Source of the DNA: a virus
Lineage: Duplodnaviria; Caudoviricetes
IMG/VR virus record: IMGVR_UViG_3300049844_000180
Span: 1 to 38,527 of that record
DNA: 38,527 nucleotides
Strand: one strand, 5' to 3'
Within the stretch, counting starts at the first letter, position 1. Every line of letters begins with the position of its first letter. The notes beneath the pieces were generated by a model. It made no database searches. It had not been told where the DNA came from and worked only from the letters and a program-made list of their open reading frames with translations. Below are positions 25,818-35,219 of this stretch, in pieces. Position numbers and translations under genes: made by a program.

Positions 25818-26743
25818 GATTTACTCGTAGGATAATAATCGGTTAATACTTCGTAAATATGCTCCTCATTTTCGAGCGTAAACAAAGAAAGCCTTAAATG
25901 AAGATAAGGTAGTAATTCGCCCGGTGATCCATCCGGCGCAGGGGTATAAGAGCCATTACATGATAGCACCCAGCTTTCATCATAATATTTTGTTGGGATC
26001 GGATTGCCATTGTTGTCGAGATATTCCCCGTTGATTTCAAAGCCATTCGCAAGCAATGCCTCTTGAGGATAAACTGCGTTTTTATCAATAACTGAAAGCT
26101 CGATAAAATCACTACAAGGATGATCTTCAATAACTCCCTGGGCGTCTCTTTCAATAACTGTTAATGTTAACCCCCAAAGATACATCACGCTTGCCCAATC
26201 TCTTACCTCTACATCAAGATACATCCCTTTTGAATAAATACCATCTCCCTCATCAAGAATTGGTTTTTCAAAAGTAATAGTTCGATTGGTTGTATTTACG
26301 GCCGTTACCCAAGATCTTTTTGTAGCATTGCTTTGAAAAACATAATTACCAATTGTGGGGATAATTGAAATCCCCTCTTGGTAGTTAAATGTTTTTCCAT
26401 CCTGGGATTTATTTGAAAGGGTAATGGCGCAAACATAATCTCCCTCACTTGCTCCTTTCGTTCGAAAGTATCCTCTTTCACATCCCCAAGGTTGCATACA
26501 ATGCTCATTCAAAGGGGAGGTAGGCTTTACTTTTTCAATTTTTTCCGGGTTACAAAGAGCTAAGTAAGAATCCTCAAAATCAACTAAATCAGTGTTTAAA
26601 ATATCTCCTCTTGGAATCGCACATTCAGGGCTTACTTGCCCCTCATTTGCAAAGAGATAATAAAAGTTATCATCACTCAACATCAAGATATCGAGCTTTC
26701 TTGCATTAACAAAGCTTTTGAATTGTGACCAATCAATTTTCAT
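25814..26743 (-). CDS. Putative virion accessory protein (309 aa)
   Basis: AGGAG SD; TGATG coupling; inside the structural operon. Confidence 0.6.
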   Translation of the reverse strand: MKIDWSQFKSFVNARKLDILMLSDDNFYYLFANEGQVSPECAIPRGDILNTDLVDFEDSYLALCNPEKIEKVKPTSPLNEHCMQPWGCERGYFRTKGASEGDYVCAITLSNKSQDGKTFNYQEGISIIPTIGNYVFQSNATKRSWVTAVNTTNRTITFEKPILDEGDGIYSKGMYLDVEVRDWASVMYLWGLTLTVIERDAQGVIEDHPCSDFIELSVIDKNAVYPQEALLANGFEINGEYLDNNGNPIPTKYYDESWVLSCNGSYTPAPDGSPGELLPYLHLRLSLFTLENEEHIYEVLTDYYPTSKS

Positions 26744-27894
26744 CAAGGCTCCTTTTCAAAACCTTTCGCTCGAAAATTCAAACGAGTATTACCCGAGGAT
26801 AAATCATCTCGAATACTAATCTTAATATAATCATCATTGCCCACGCCAAATGTGCCTTGCACTCTTAAAACGAAAGGATTTTTAAAATCAAAAATCGCAA
26901 GCATATCGTGTAACGATGGTTGTGCGATAATTGAAAAAGCATAGGCACTCCCTGAAAGAGCGGCGAATTTGTTTTTAAAATCCTCCGTATTCTTAATCAG
27001 AGGGAGAGTGGTAATCACGTTGTCTGATTTAATTGTTACCAAAATGCCATTCGTAAGCGCCGTTGACTTACTTAAAAATTGAGCAAATTTAATTGATGAG
27101 CCTTGACCATCAAAGATCATCTCCTCAATAAAAATATCGGTAGTCGGTGAGGCATTAACATAAAAATCAATTGGAGTAGCAAGGCTACCATTCACCAACA
27201 TATTTGAGCCGTAAGTCATGTTGGTAGCGTCCTGAATAAAGATATCCTCAAGTGCCTTGGCAGTTACAAATACACTACCGGAAATTCCAAAAACACCCGA
27301 CCGGTGCGGGTTGTTTGGATCGCGGTCAAGCACTACCGGCTTGGATCTCGAGATCATATTATCATAGCCGACGATCACTTGGGCCGTGCCAGTTGTGTTT
27401 ACCATAAAATCGCCCGCAAGAGGGCGCTCATAAAACTCACCGCTCAAGGAAAAGGCCGTGCTACTAATATGCACGATTGACCTATCTTGCACCACTTGAG
27501 CTTTCAACAATCTTGTAAGCTTGAAACCGCTATCTAAGTTTAACTCGCTTACAATCCTATTCCTTAAAGCTAACTCATCCCCAACCTCCCCAGCGAGTAC
27601 GGTGAAAACTTTGGTGTAGGATGGAATATCCCTGTCGGGTGTGGTTGGATCGCCGTTAGTGCCAGCGATATAAAGAGTAATCGTATCACCGGCAAGGCCG
27701 GTATTAATAATTTGAAAATAAGAATCGGGCAAGGGATCGGCCCCAAATGTGCTTTGCACTGTCACGGTACCATCAATAGGCATGGCAACAACACCATCTC
27801 CTCTTACAACCGTTTGGACGGCCCTTAGGTTTCCAAGGATATCGTAACCAACAAAGCGGGAATGATCGATTCCGGGGTTTCTCTCAATGGTCAT
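26743..27894 (-). CDS. Putative virion accessory protein (383 aa)
   Basis: Beta-rich, multi-domain; ATGA coupling. Confidence 0.65.
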   Translation of the reverse strand: MTIERNPGIDHSRFVGYDILGNLRAVQTVVRGDGVVAMPIDGTVTVQSTFGADPLPDSYFQIINTGLAGDTITLYIAGTNGDPTTPDRDIPSYTKVFTVLAGEVGDELALRNRIVSELNLDSGFKLTRLLKAQVVQDRSIVHISSTAFSLSGEFYERPLAGDFMVNTTGTAQVIVGYDNMISRSKPVVLDRDPNNPHRSGVFGISGSVFVTAKALEDIFIQDATNMTYGSNMLVNGSLATPIDFYVNASPTTDIFIEEMIFDGQGSSIKFAQFLSKSTALTNGILVTIKSDNVITTLPLIKNTEDFKNKFAALSGSAYAFSIIAQPSLHDMLAIFDFKNPFVLRVQGTFGVGNDDYIKISIRDDLSSGNTRLNFRAKGFEKEP

Positions 27895-28217
27895 GTTGTC
27901 TCCCTATCGAGAATTACCTTATAGGCAACCGAGGAGCTTTGACCTCTGATATGGATTTGAGTTTTTGAATCGCTTTTGATCAAATCCGAAACATGGCCAG
28001 AGGGATAAATCCTATCGTAAATAGTAGTGCCGCCATCCAAGGAAATCTCGAGATATTTTGTAATGGTATTCTCGAAAGGATTCATCACGGAAAACTCTTG
28101 TATCTTGTTTCCTGGGGTTGTAGGGATGGCCGTCCAACCAGTGCCTACAACACCATCATAAACGTCCGTACTACCCTTCTTGTCGGCGCTTTCAAATTCC
28201 GGCGCTTGATCAACCAT
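27891..28217 (-). CDS. Small beta-sandwich virion protein (108 aa)
   Basis: GAGG SD; alternating strand pattern. Confidence 0.65.
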   Translation of the reverse strand: MVDQAPEFESADKKGSTDVYDGVVGTGWTAIPTTPGNKIQEFSVMNPFENTITKYLEISLDGGTTIYDRIYPSGHVSDLIKSDSKTQIHIRGQSSSVAYKVILDRETT

Positions 28218-28222
28218 GATGA

Positions 28223-28447
28223 TTATTCCTCATCCTTGATTGTTTCCTCATAGTGATTCCAAAAACCTGATTTATTCTTATGCTCTTTTTTATCCATAAA
28301 TTTATGGATATCTTTGGCCTCAACCTTAAAGATTGATGCCCCATCTTTAACAAGCAAATCACCTTTTTTAATTTCAAAGGATTCCATGCCAGGGCGGGAA
28401 ACTCTTGCATCACGATTCATGACTTGAGTTTTCAATATTTTTTTCAT
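28223..28447 (-). CDS. Hypothetical protein (74 aa)
   Basis: AAGGAG SD. Confidence 0.65.
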   Translation of the reverse strand: MKKILKTQVMNRDARVSRPGMESFEIKKGDLLVKDGASIFKVEAKDIHKFMDKKEHKNKSGFWNHYEETIKDEE

Positions 28448-28462
28448 TAAGATTTTCTCCTT

Positions 28463-28503
28463 AAAGGGGAGGAGAGTGGAAAGGATTAGTTAACCACTCT
28501 CCC
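28463..28503 (-). terminator. Hairpin, probable weak terminator
   Basis: GGAGAGTGG-N14-CCACTCTCC with only a short T-run. Confidence 0.55.
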
Positions 28504-28518
28504 TATTTTAAAAACCTA

Positions 28519-29244
28519 TTACGCTTTTTCGTAAACCGTTGCGGTTGCGTGGCCATCGCTTGCCGCTCCAATCAATTGCTTTGCTTTGATCACAAGCATT
28601 TGATCCCCGGTTGATCCCGCTGTAAAGTTTAAATCCTCCCACATTTTTGTAAATGTGAATTGTCCTGGCCCTGTGATTGCTTGAGCAATCTCAGTTTCAG
28701 TAGGTGTGCCATTATAATCCTCTACGTTGTAAACTTTCCAAAGAGTAGTGAATGTATTGGAAAGGGTTACATCAACGCGCTCGTAATCAGCGGAGACAGT
28801 TAAGGGAATCGCAAGGATTTCGGTTTCAGTGCCAACTACGCAAGCAACGGTAGCATTTCCTTTAAGAGGAGTACCTGCGGATTGTGTTGATACTAATAAC
28901 TCACCGTCGGCATTTAATTTGAGGTAAGCGAATTGATCGCTAACGTCTTTTGCTACTAACCCTGGGAGAGCGTCAACGCCTGTAATGGAATCACCCTCAT
29001 CTCGAGAGTTGATAAATCTCATATTCCCTGCACTGTCAAGAACTGGCAATGTAGGTTGCGCATCGGTTGCAGCGGAGCCAGCGGCGGCAACGGGCAATAA
29101 TGAAAAACCGGATCCTTTCTTGCCGGCAACAACTGGGGCAAGGTTAACCGCTGCAATTGCATCGGTCTCATTTTTCTTAACCCAACTTGTGCCTTCGCCG
29201 GTTGTTAATTCAAGTACGGTGAAAACTTCTCTTTTGTCACTCAT
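28519..29244 (-). CDS. Putative head fibre/decoration protein (241 aa)
   Basis: Three imperfect N-terminal repeats, LKLNADGELLVS neck, C-terminal beta domain; followed by a hairpin like other highly expressed genes. Confidence 0.6.
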   Translation of the reverse strand: MSDKREVFTVLELTTGEGTSWVKKNETDAIAAVNLAPVVAGKKGSGFSLLPVAAAGSAATDAQPTLPVLDSAGNMRFINSRDEGDSITGVDALPGLVAKDVSDQFAYLKLNADGELLVSTQSAGTPLKGNATVACVVGTETEILAIPLTVSADYERVDVTLSNTFTTLWKVYNVEDYNGTPTETEIAQAITGPGQFTFTKMWEDLNFTAGSTGDQMLVIKAKQLIGAASDGHATATVYEKA

Positions 29245-29257
29245 AAAAACTCCCCTC

Positions 29258-29638
29258 CTATGGCTTTGGTATTAAACGCCCCTGAATAAAAACTTCGATA
29301 TCAGAGGCAGGCCTCCCGGCCATCGATAAATTGTTAATGATCAAGTGCTCGCCGTCCTCAAGTACCCTATAGGGTTGCCAATTAAAGTTACCGTTAATAT
29401 GGCCTGGCCCTAATCTTATTGATCCGATTTCAGTAGTGTCACTTAAAATCATGATCCTGTTTTCAATTCTACAACTTGCGTAGACTTGCAACAATAATAA
29501 ATTTTTATCGGATGGTACTTCGTAATCAATTAAATCGGTACCCGACCCTGGGGTTGTAACCCCAATAAATTTTTCCTCGAAATACTCACCTGTATTTAAT
29601 AACTCAACTTTTCCCCGGTATGTTTGATTTACGCTCAT
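29258..29638 (-). CDS. Small beta-sandwich virion protein (126 aa)
   Basis: GGAG SD; YEVPSDK.L.L..V pattern. Confidence 0.65.
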   Translation of the reverse strand: MSVNQTYRGKVELLNTGEYFEEKFIGVTTPGSGTDLIDYEVPSDKNLLLLQVYASCRIENRIMILSDTTEIGSIRLGPGHINGNFNWQPYRVLEDGEHLIINNLSMAGRPASDIEVFIQGRLIPKP

Positions 29639-30091
29639 TTATACATACTCCGCGAACTCAACCTTTGCTGATTTTCCCGATTCGCATTTGATATAAATAA
29701 AAACGGCTCCCGCAATAGGTGAGTTAAATGTTTCCCCTGGGCCTAATTCTTTAGGGCCCTCGGTGCCACCCTCATCCCATCCGGCGGTAAAGGTCGATTT
29801 AACGTGAAAGTAAATCGAATTGATCTCATCTTTGTTGGTAATTGAGAAGGCCTTACGATTGGGGTTTATGGTAGCAGGAGTAAGGGGAAATCTTACCTCG
29901 GTATCCCCGACGGTTTTTCTGGTTGTAGAGATACCGATATCTTGATCGGTGATTGCCTGCAAAGAGATAAAGCCAAATGTGTAGGCCCTAACCTGATACT
30001 CTTGAGGATAATTAGGAATCGGAATAATTGATTTTCGTAGCGCCTCGATACCATGATCGGGCACAAAGTGACCAGGATCGACCATAACCAT
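29639..30091 (-). CDS. Small beta-sandwich virion protein (150 aa)
   Basis: GAGG SD; RK..SI.N....IY and G..L.PGE patterns. Confidence 0.65.
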   Translation of the reverse strand: MVMVDPGHFVPDHGIEALRKSIIPIPNYPQEYQVRAYTFGFISLQAITDQDIGISTTRKTVGDTEVRFPLTPATINPNRKAFSITNKDEINSIYFHVKSTFTAGWDEGGTEGPKELGPGETFNSPIAGAVFIYIKCESGKSAKVEFAEYV

Positions 30092-30120
30092 TTCCTCTCA
30101 TTTAAAAAATATTATTGAGG

Positions 30121-30166
30121 AAAAGGGAGTGGGTTAGCGCCGCTTTCACGGTATCACCCCACTCCC
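30121..30166 (-). terminator. Extended stem-loop after capsid gene block
   Basis: GGGAGTGGG/CCCACTCCC stem with inner CCGT-GAAA-GCGG hairpin, then TTTT. Confidence 0.65.
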
Positions 30167-30188
30167 AATATTCAAAGCGTAAGGACGG

Positions 30189-30581
30189 CTACACTTGGAA
30201 TCCCGTTGCGATCACTTTAAATTTTCCGGCGGTCAATGCGTTTGCTCCGATGGTTAATTGAACACCATCTTTTGCGGCATCAACTTTATGGAAATCATCG
30301 GTAATAAGAGCGCCCGTACCCTTGATTGCGGATTCGGCAGTTAAAGTCGCACCGAAATCCTCAACGTAGCCGTTGGCGTCGCCGCCGCCATCTTCACCGA
30401 TCTCAAGCGTTGGTACGCCTCCGCTTGTGATTGTAGTGCCGATTGCCACGGTAATTGCTTTAACGATGAAATTATCAGGGAGATCGCCAAGTTTAATGGT
30501 GCCAATCGCTCCCCCATGTACTGCAAAGTCATACTCGAAAACTAAATTTTGTAACTCATTTACCCATTGCTTACCGCTCAT
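30189..30581 (-). CDS. Capsid decoration/cement-like protein (130 aa)
   Basis: Two genes after the major capsid gene and before the terminator; YDFAV.GGAIGTI.L..LP and LTAGK beta-sandwich pattern. Confidence 0.6.
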   Translation of the reverse strand: MSGKQWVNELQNLVFEYDFAVHGGAIGTIKLGDLPDNFIVKAITVAIGTTITSGGVPTLEIGEDGGGDANGYVEDFGATLTAESAIKGTGALITDDFHKVDAAKDGVQLTIGANALTAGKFKVIATGFQV

Positions 30582-30832
30582 TTCTTACCTCGGTTTTTGT
30601 TTGATTGTTTATTGTCTGGCATTTCATCAATCGCTTGAGATATGCCCGCCTCATTTTGCGCTCTCAATACCACGTTATCATCCATTGTAAAGATAATGTA
30701 CCACTCACCGTTAGGCTTATAGACCGTTGCCTTATGCTCAACCTTGAAAGGGAAAGCACGGATACGATCGAAAAGCTCGACAAGGTTAGGGCCGTGGACT
30801 TCACCAAATCTCGTACCTACTAACATGATCAA
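30578..30832 (-). CDS. Hypothetical protein downstream of the major capsid gene (about 84 aa)
   Basis: Overlaps the capsid stop (TTGA) and the next start (ATGA); alternative ATG at 30826. Confidence 0.65.
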   Translation of the reverse strand: MIMLVGTRFGEVHGPNLVELFDRIRAFPFKVEHKATVYKPNGEWYIIFTMDDNVVLRAQNEAGISQAIDEMPDNKQSNKNRGKK

Positions 30833-31671
30833 CCCGAAATCTTAACAATACGTTTATCATCCATGAGCTTGATCCCGTAAACGATATCAGCACTCAAGAG
30901 ATAGCCGTATTTGTTTTGAGCATGAAGGTCGGAGATCTTGATTCTCACACCTTGTTGCATGACTAAGGTGCAAGCAGAGCGATGAATTGCGTACCCGGTA
31001 TCAACTGGGAGTAAATCATGCTCGGCAATTGAGAAACCATAAAGAGGCTCAGAGATAAGGCCGGTCATGGTAGGTGATCCCGCTGGCACATAATCGCGTG
31101 ATGCGATTGTTTGTTTTTGGATAAGATCGCCATAGTAGGTTGGATCAAGGAATAAGAAACGATTTGAACGAGGCAATTTTGCCAAGCTCATGAGCGTTCT
31201 AATCTTTGCGATATCGATTGCAGCGAGATCGGATGCGGAGGCCGGTGCAATGATATGGTCAGGATTAGCAGCACTTGGGATAAGAATTGAAATCATATCC
31301 TCTTCAATTTTCTTTCGGATCGCGTACAATAGCGCCTCTTGTGCATCTCTCTCAAATGACATTGATTGAAGTTGAGCAAGATCGGTAAACTCAAAAGCGG
31401 CACTCGCTCTCTTGTTTACGGTGATCGTTTGTTGAACAACATCCATTCTCTCGGATGAGAATGTTTGTTTATCATCGGTAAGGATTTCGCCATCAGGTGC
31501 GATGATTTGGTTTACCTTAACGGTATCCCCTAAATTCATCAATTCTCCCTCATAATCACGATTGAAAACTTCTGCCAGCATGAGGCTATTGCGGAGCTCC
31601 TGGTAGATATTGGTACTCCAAACGGTTGGGATCAAATTAGCGAGATCGGCTTTTCCATTTACAAATTCCAT
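30829..31671 (-). CDS. Major capsid protein (P22-coat-like, scaffold-dependent)
   Basis: LIP.VWS, NRDYEGE....GDTVK, R.L.LDP..Y.DL, D.VYG.K motifs; AGGAG SD. Confidence 0.9.
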   Translation of the reverse strand: MEFVNGKADLANLIPTVWSTNIYQELRNSLMLAEVFNRDYEGELMNLGDTVKVNQIIAPDGEILTDDKQTFSSERMDVVQQTITVNKRASAAFEFTDLAQLQSMSFERDAQEALLYAIRKKIEEDMISILIPSAANPDHIIAPASASDLAAIDIAKIRTLMSLAKLPRSNRFLFLDPTYYGDLIQKQTIASRDYVPAGSPTMTGLISEPLYGFSIAEHDLLPVDTGYAIHRSACTLVMQQGVRIKISDLHAQNKYGYLLSADIVYGIKLMDDKRIVKISG

Positions 31672-31786
31672 GAGATTTACTCCTGGTTAAAAGGTTTAAA
31701 AATTGCATCCAATTTCTATTCCCGCCACAGGTCGGTAAATCAAGCATCCTCTGGAATGCTCATTTGGATTTGATTAAGTGCTTTAA

Positions 31787-32395
31787 TTATCGCTTACGAG
31801 TTATGCCAAGGGAAGTGTAAAGATCGCCTTCGCGTTTCTTTCTTTCCTCATACGGCAATTTTTTCCACTCCTCAAGAGTTAATTGCGCGGTCTTTGAGGC
31901 GGGAGCATCATGGCTTGCCCTTGCTCCTTGGGTGCCAAATAGAGGAGGAAATTTCTCGTATAATATCTTGGCCTCATCCTCGGCACCCACTACGGTTTTG
32001 GTTTCATTATCGTAGTGAATCTTACCGAGATCGATTAAACGGATTGCCTCGTTTGAGTATTTAGGATCAATGCCGAGCTTGATTAATTCATTCTTGACCG
32101 CACCGGTCTTAATTGATTCGGTAATGAATCTTTGGCTCTCATCGTATTTTGCTTTCCATTGATCGGCCTCTTGCTTTCGTTTCTCGGCAATCTCTACAAA
32201 TTTCTTTTCCTCAACCAGTTTGTTTTCCTCGTACTCGGAAAGCTTGGCCTTAAAGGTGAGGTTTTCTTGCTCAAGCATCCTCAACTTTTCCATGGCATTC
32301 TTTTTCTCTTTGAGGATTTTATCAACAAGAGGATTACCACCGCCCTCAATAGGAGGATCATTTTGATTGGTGTTGTTTACGTTTTCATTTTCCAT
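31787..32395 (-). CDS. Capsid scaffolding protein
   Basis: Charged coiled coil, P.LFG motif and basic C-terminus, directly upstream of the major capsid gene. Confidence 0.8.
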   Translation of the reverse strand: MENENVNNTNQNDPPIEGGGNPLVDKILKEKKNAMEKLRMLEQENLTFKAKLSEYEENKLVEEKKFVEIAEKRKQEADQWKAKYDESQRFITESIKTGAVKNELIKLGIDPKYSNEAIRLIDLGKIHYDNETKTVVGAEDEAKILYEKFPPLFGTQGARASHDAPASKTAQLTLEEWKKLPYEERKKREGDLYTSLGITRKR

Positions 32396-32411
32396 TTTTG
32401 CTACCGTCCTT

Positions 32412-33050
32412 TTATTTAAAGAGCCTCGAAATTTCTTTTCTTAAGGCCAATTCGTAAGATCGAGTTATGATGTTTACCTCTCCCGATGTTAATGCAAAAA
32501 ACGGGCGTGGTGGTAATGTAACATTCACCGAGCCGTTATGCCAAGTGCCACCCTTTGCTTGTATCTCTGCAAGCTCGGCATTGGTGAGATTTGTTTTATT
32601 CAAAATCGGAGGGCCACCATTTCGGTAAATAGGACGCCTAACCGTATTCGGGATTACTATTTGAGCGGTACCCTGGGGAGTCACGCTTGGGGTAATGGAG
32701 TCGAGCATTTGCCCCGAGAGAGTTAGATTGGATCTCGAGGCGGTTGCGTACTGGCCAAGCCTTGGGGGCTTAATCTTATTCCATTCCCCTCGGGTTAAAT
32801 GAACGAGGTACAGTTGGTTTTGCTTATTCCTTTTTTGGAAAAAGATATGCTCTCCCGCCCTCCACTTTTTGTAATTATCGGAGAGTGGTGCAAGCCTTTG
32901 TTCGGATGGTTTCTTGGCCGTTTCAGAATTAACCCCGCCGCCACCTTTCACTCGTTTCCAAATGATATCTCTCATCTCTCTTGAAAGAGGCTCAAGTATT
33001 TTCGGTGATCGTGCGATCTCAATAATTTGGTTTAGGTAGTTTTTATTCAA
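32412..33050 (-). CDS. Virion morphogenesis / tail-completion-like protein (Mu gpG-like), copy 2
   Basis: APLS..Y..WR, NLTLSGQMLDSI, PPRPFFAL; start reassigned to TTG 33050, 9 nt after GGAGG. Confidence 0.65.
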   Translation of the reverse strand: MNKNYLNQIIEIARSPKILEPLSREMRDIIWKRVKGGGGVNSETAKKPSEQRLAPLSDNYKKWRAGEHIFFQKRNKQNQLYLVHLTRGEWNKIKPPRLGQYATASRSNLTLSGQMLDSITPSVTPQGTAQIVIPNTVRRPIYRNGGPPILNKTNLTNAELAEIQAKGGTWHNGSVNVTLPPRPFFALTSGEVNIITRSYELALRKEISRLFK

Positions 33051-33690
33051 TCTCAAAACCCTCCGCAAATAATTCTTGAATGTTTCTCGCTTTACCAGTG
33101 GGTGTGATTGCAACCCGTGATGTGTTTGGAGATGCCAATGCCTCGGCAAGAATGCCGATGCTGATATCAAGGCGTGATGAGCTTGCCTTGGTTACCACTC
33201 TCCTTACGATCTTGTTTAAATCGCTTTCAGGGAGCCCCAGGAAATCTCTTGCCTTTGGCCCTTTGTTGTCCTCCGAATACCGATCACGGCCATAATTGCC
33301 GGTGATATTCCCGTGAGCTTTATCATTGTTTTTTTTGTCGGCCATTACGACGTCGATATAAAAACGGGAGTCGGTCTTTTGCACCATTGAGGAAAGCATC
33401 TCTCCCGTAAGGGTAAGATCAACCCGGTCACCCTTGCCGTAAATTTCAAACTTGAGTGAGTTTTCGTAATTACGGGAGTACCCAGGAAAGCCGGTATCGT
33501 CCTTATCGACGTTCATTACTTTCGTTCGGTGAATGATTCGGTCAATAACGTCACGGCCTATTTGTCTCCGCACCTCGACGTCACTGATTAAGGGCCTAAG
33601 CATTGACCTCTTTACAGGGCCGTCGCTTGAGAATGCCTTATCGAAAGCATCTCTTAAATCGATTCGATACCTAACCTTAGGCGTGGCCAT
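33043..33690 (-). CDS. Virion morphogenesis / tail-completion-like protein (Mu gpG-like), copy 1
   Basis: F.GYS..Y, DLTLTGEMLSSM, ARDFLGL. Confidence 0.65.
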   Translation of the reverse strand: MATPKVRYRIDLRDAFDKAFSSDGPVKRSMLRPLISDVEVRRQIGRDVIDRIIHRTKVMNVDKDDTGFPGYSRNYENSLKFEIYGKGDRVDLTLTGEMLSSMVQKTDSRFYIDVVMADKKNNDKAHGNITGNYGRDRYSEDNKGPKARDFLGLPESDLNKIVRRVVTKASSSRLDISIGILAEALASPNTSRVAITPTGKARNIQELFAEGFEIE

Positions 33691-35198
33691 TACTCCTCAT
33701 CTCCCATGCCTCCCTCATCCTCATCTTCGTCCTCATCCTCATCATCCATTTCAGTTGAGGAGGTCTTTTTCTTTGGTGCAACCACATCGCTCATCATATC
33801 CATTTGTACCATTTGCTTGCGTGCTCTTTCCTCGTAAATCTCTTGCTCTAATTCCTCAATCTCCTCAACGGTTAAATCAGGGTTAAGCGCGCTTAACTCT
33901 CTCCTAAGAGTAGTAAGGTTGGCGTTCAATTTCTTGGTTGAGATTTCGATTTGCTCTTGTTCGGTAACCGTTACCCGTGGCTCTCTTAGGGTTAATCTTA
34001 GTTCAAATACATTTGAAAATTCTCGGTTAACCTCGGGGGCAAGCATCCTCTGCTTACGCCAAACAGGTATGAGGTTTTTTGATAAGAGGGCCCACATTTC
34101 AACCTCACCGTTTAAGAAAAACTCTTGTTGGTCTTTCTTGTCCTCAGTTGATTGTGCCTCGTCGAGGGCCTTAGCAATACCCGAGGAGGGATTGCTTACG
34201 CTTAGTTGACCTTTAAATCCGGTTGAGGAAAGGTTATTGGTAACCAGGAGCATATCAAGAATTGATTCGATATATCCTAAAGAGGAGACCATATCAAAGT
34301 TAGGCTTGACGGTACCAATCTCGGGCTTTTGTCCATCGACTGTAAGAGGGAGAGAGATAACTGAATTAGGGCTTGCGGGAATATCGCCATCGTACCCGAG
34401 CACATAAATTATTGACCATGTTTGATATTTGCTTGCAAAGGCAAGATCGGTGAGGAGGAGGGGGATAAGCACGCCCATCCTCAAGAGATCATCGTTTGGT
34501 AGTGGGGTAACCGCATAGGATGCCTCACTGATATAAACGAATGGGAGCACACCATAGGGATTTATTCCATCGGGATTTTGGAGTGATTGCATCTTGGCCA
34601 TATCAACTTCACCCTTGCCGTTAACGATCTTAAATTCATTTGCCGTCCAAAATGCGAATATTTGTTTCGAGGTGTCAGTATCGTCTACGATAATCTTAAC
34701 GATCAAATCAGGAATTTCAGGAGAAATCATTGAATGTGAAAAGACTTCGTAAGCATGGCGGGGAATATTACGAATACATATCATACCTTTTTCATCAACG
34801 TAGGGCTCGATTAGATTGCATTTAAAGAGCTTAAAATATCTATTCGCCTCTTTCATCTTGACGTTGAAACGACCGCCCTCCTCAATGGCGTAAATTAGCT
34901 CTTGATCGCTTTCATTCTTATCCATAGGGGATCGCATAGGGGTTTCAAGATAAATGCCCGCAAGCTTGTGAACGATCTTTTTAACCACGTTTAAGGGCAC
35001 CATTCGATGAATAAGATCATTGATGGTTTCGGGTTTCTTAAACTCGGCATAAATGTTTTTAACGAGAGATGGCTCTAATTGCCCATTATAAATTTCAAAT
35101 CGAGCGTAGTTTTTTGCTCTCTGATTTCGATACTCTTTTGAGTTGATTAGATCGATTTTTTCTTTAATAAACTCCGTGGTCAATTGTGGTGTTGTCAT
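33690..35198 (-). CDS. Portal protein (SPP1-like)
   Basis: 502 aa after terL; NPYGVLPFV and SGIA motifs; acidic tail. Confidence 0.88.
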   Translation of the reverse strand: MTTPQLTTEFIKEKIDLINSKEYRNQRAKNYARFEIYNGQLEPSLVKNIYAEFKKPETINDLIHRMVPLNVVKKIVHKLAGIYLETPMRSPMDKNESDQELIYAIEEGGRFNVKMKEANRYFKLFKCNLIEPYVDEKGMICIRNIPRHAYEVFSHSMISPEIPDLIVKIIVDDTDTSKQIFAFWTANEFKIVNGKGEVDMAKMQSLQNPDGINPYGVLPFVYISEASYAVTPLPNDDLLRMGVLIPLLLTDLAFASKYQTWSIIYVLGYDGDIPASPNSVISLPLTVDGQKPEIGTVKPNFDMVSSLGYIESILDMLLVTNNLSSTGFKGQLSVSNPSSGIAKALDEAQSTEDKKDQQEFFLNGEVEMWALLSKNLIPVWRKQRMLAPEVNREFSNVFELRLTLREPRVTVTEQEQIEISTKKLNANLTTLRRELSALNPDLTVEEIEELEQEIYEERARKQMVQMDMMSDVVAPKKKTSSTEMDDEDEDEDEDEGGMGDEE

Positions 35199-35219
35199 TT
35201 TTTTATTTTCCCCTCTCGT

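Noticed and set aside
30108-30188. tRNA or known riboswitch
   Set aside because: No cloverleaf, T-loop or CCA, and no recognisable aptamer consensus
30820-30850. Frameshift extension of the major capsid protein into the next ORF
   Set aside because: The -1 frame has a TAA just upstream and there is no X XXY YYZ heptamer; simple TTGA coupling suffices
33051-33170. N-terminal extension of ORF 32412-33170
   Set aside because: Long overlap with the upstream gene and no SD; TTG at 33050 has a GGAGG
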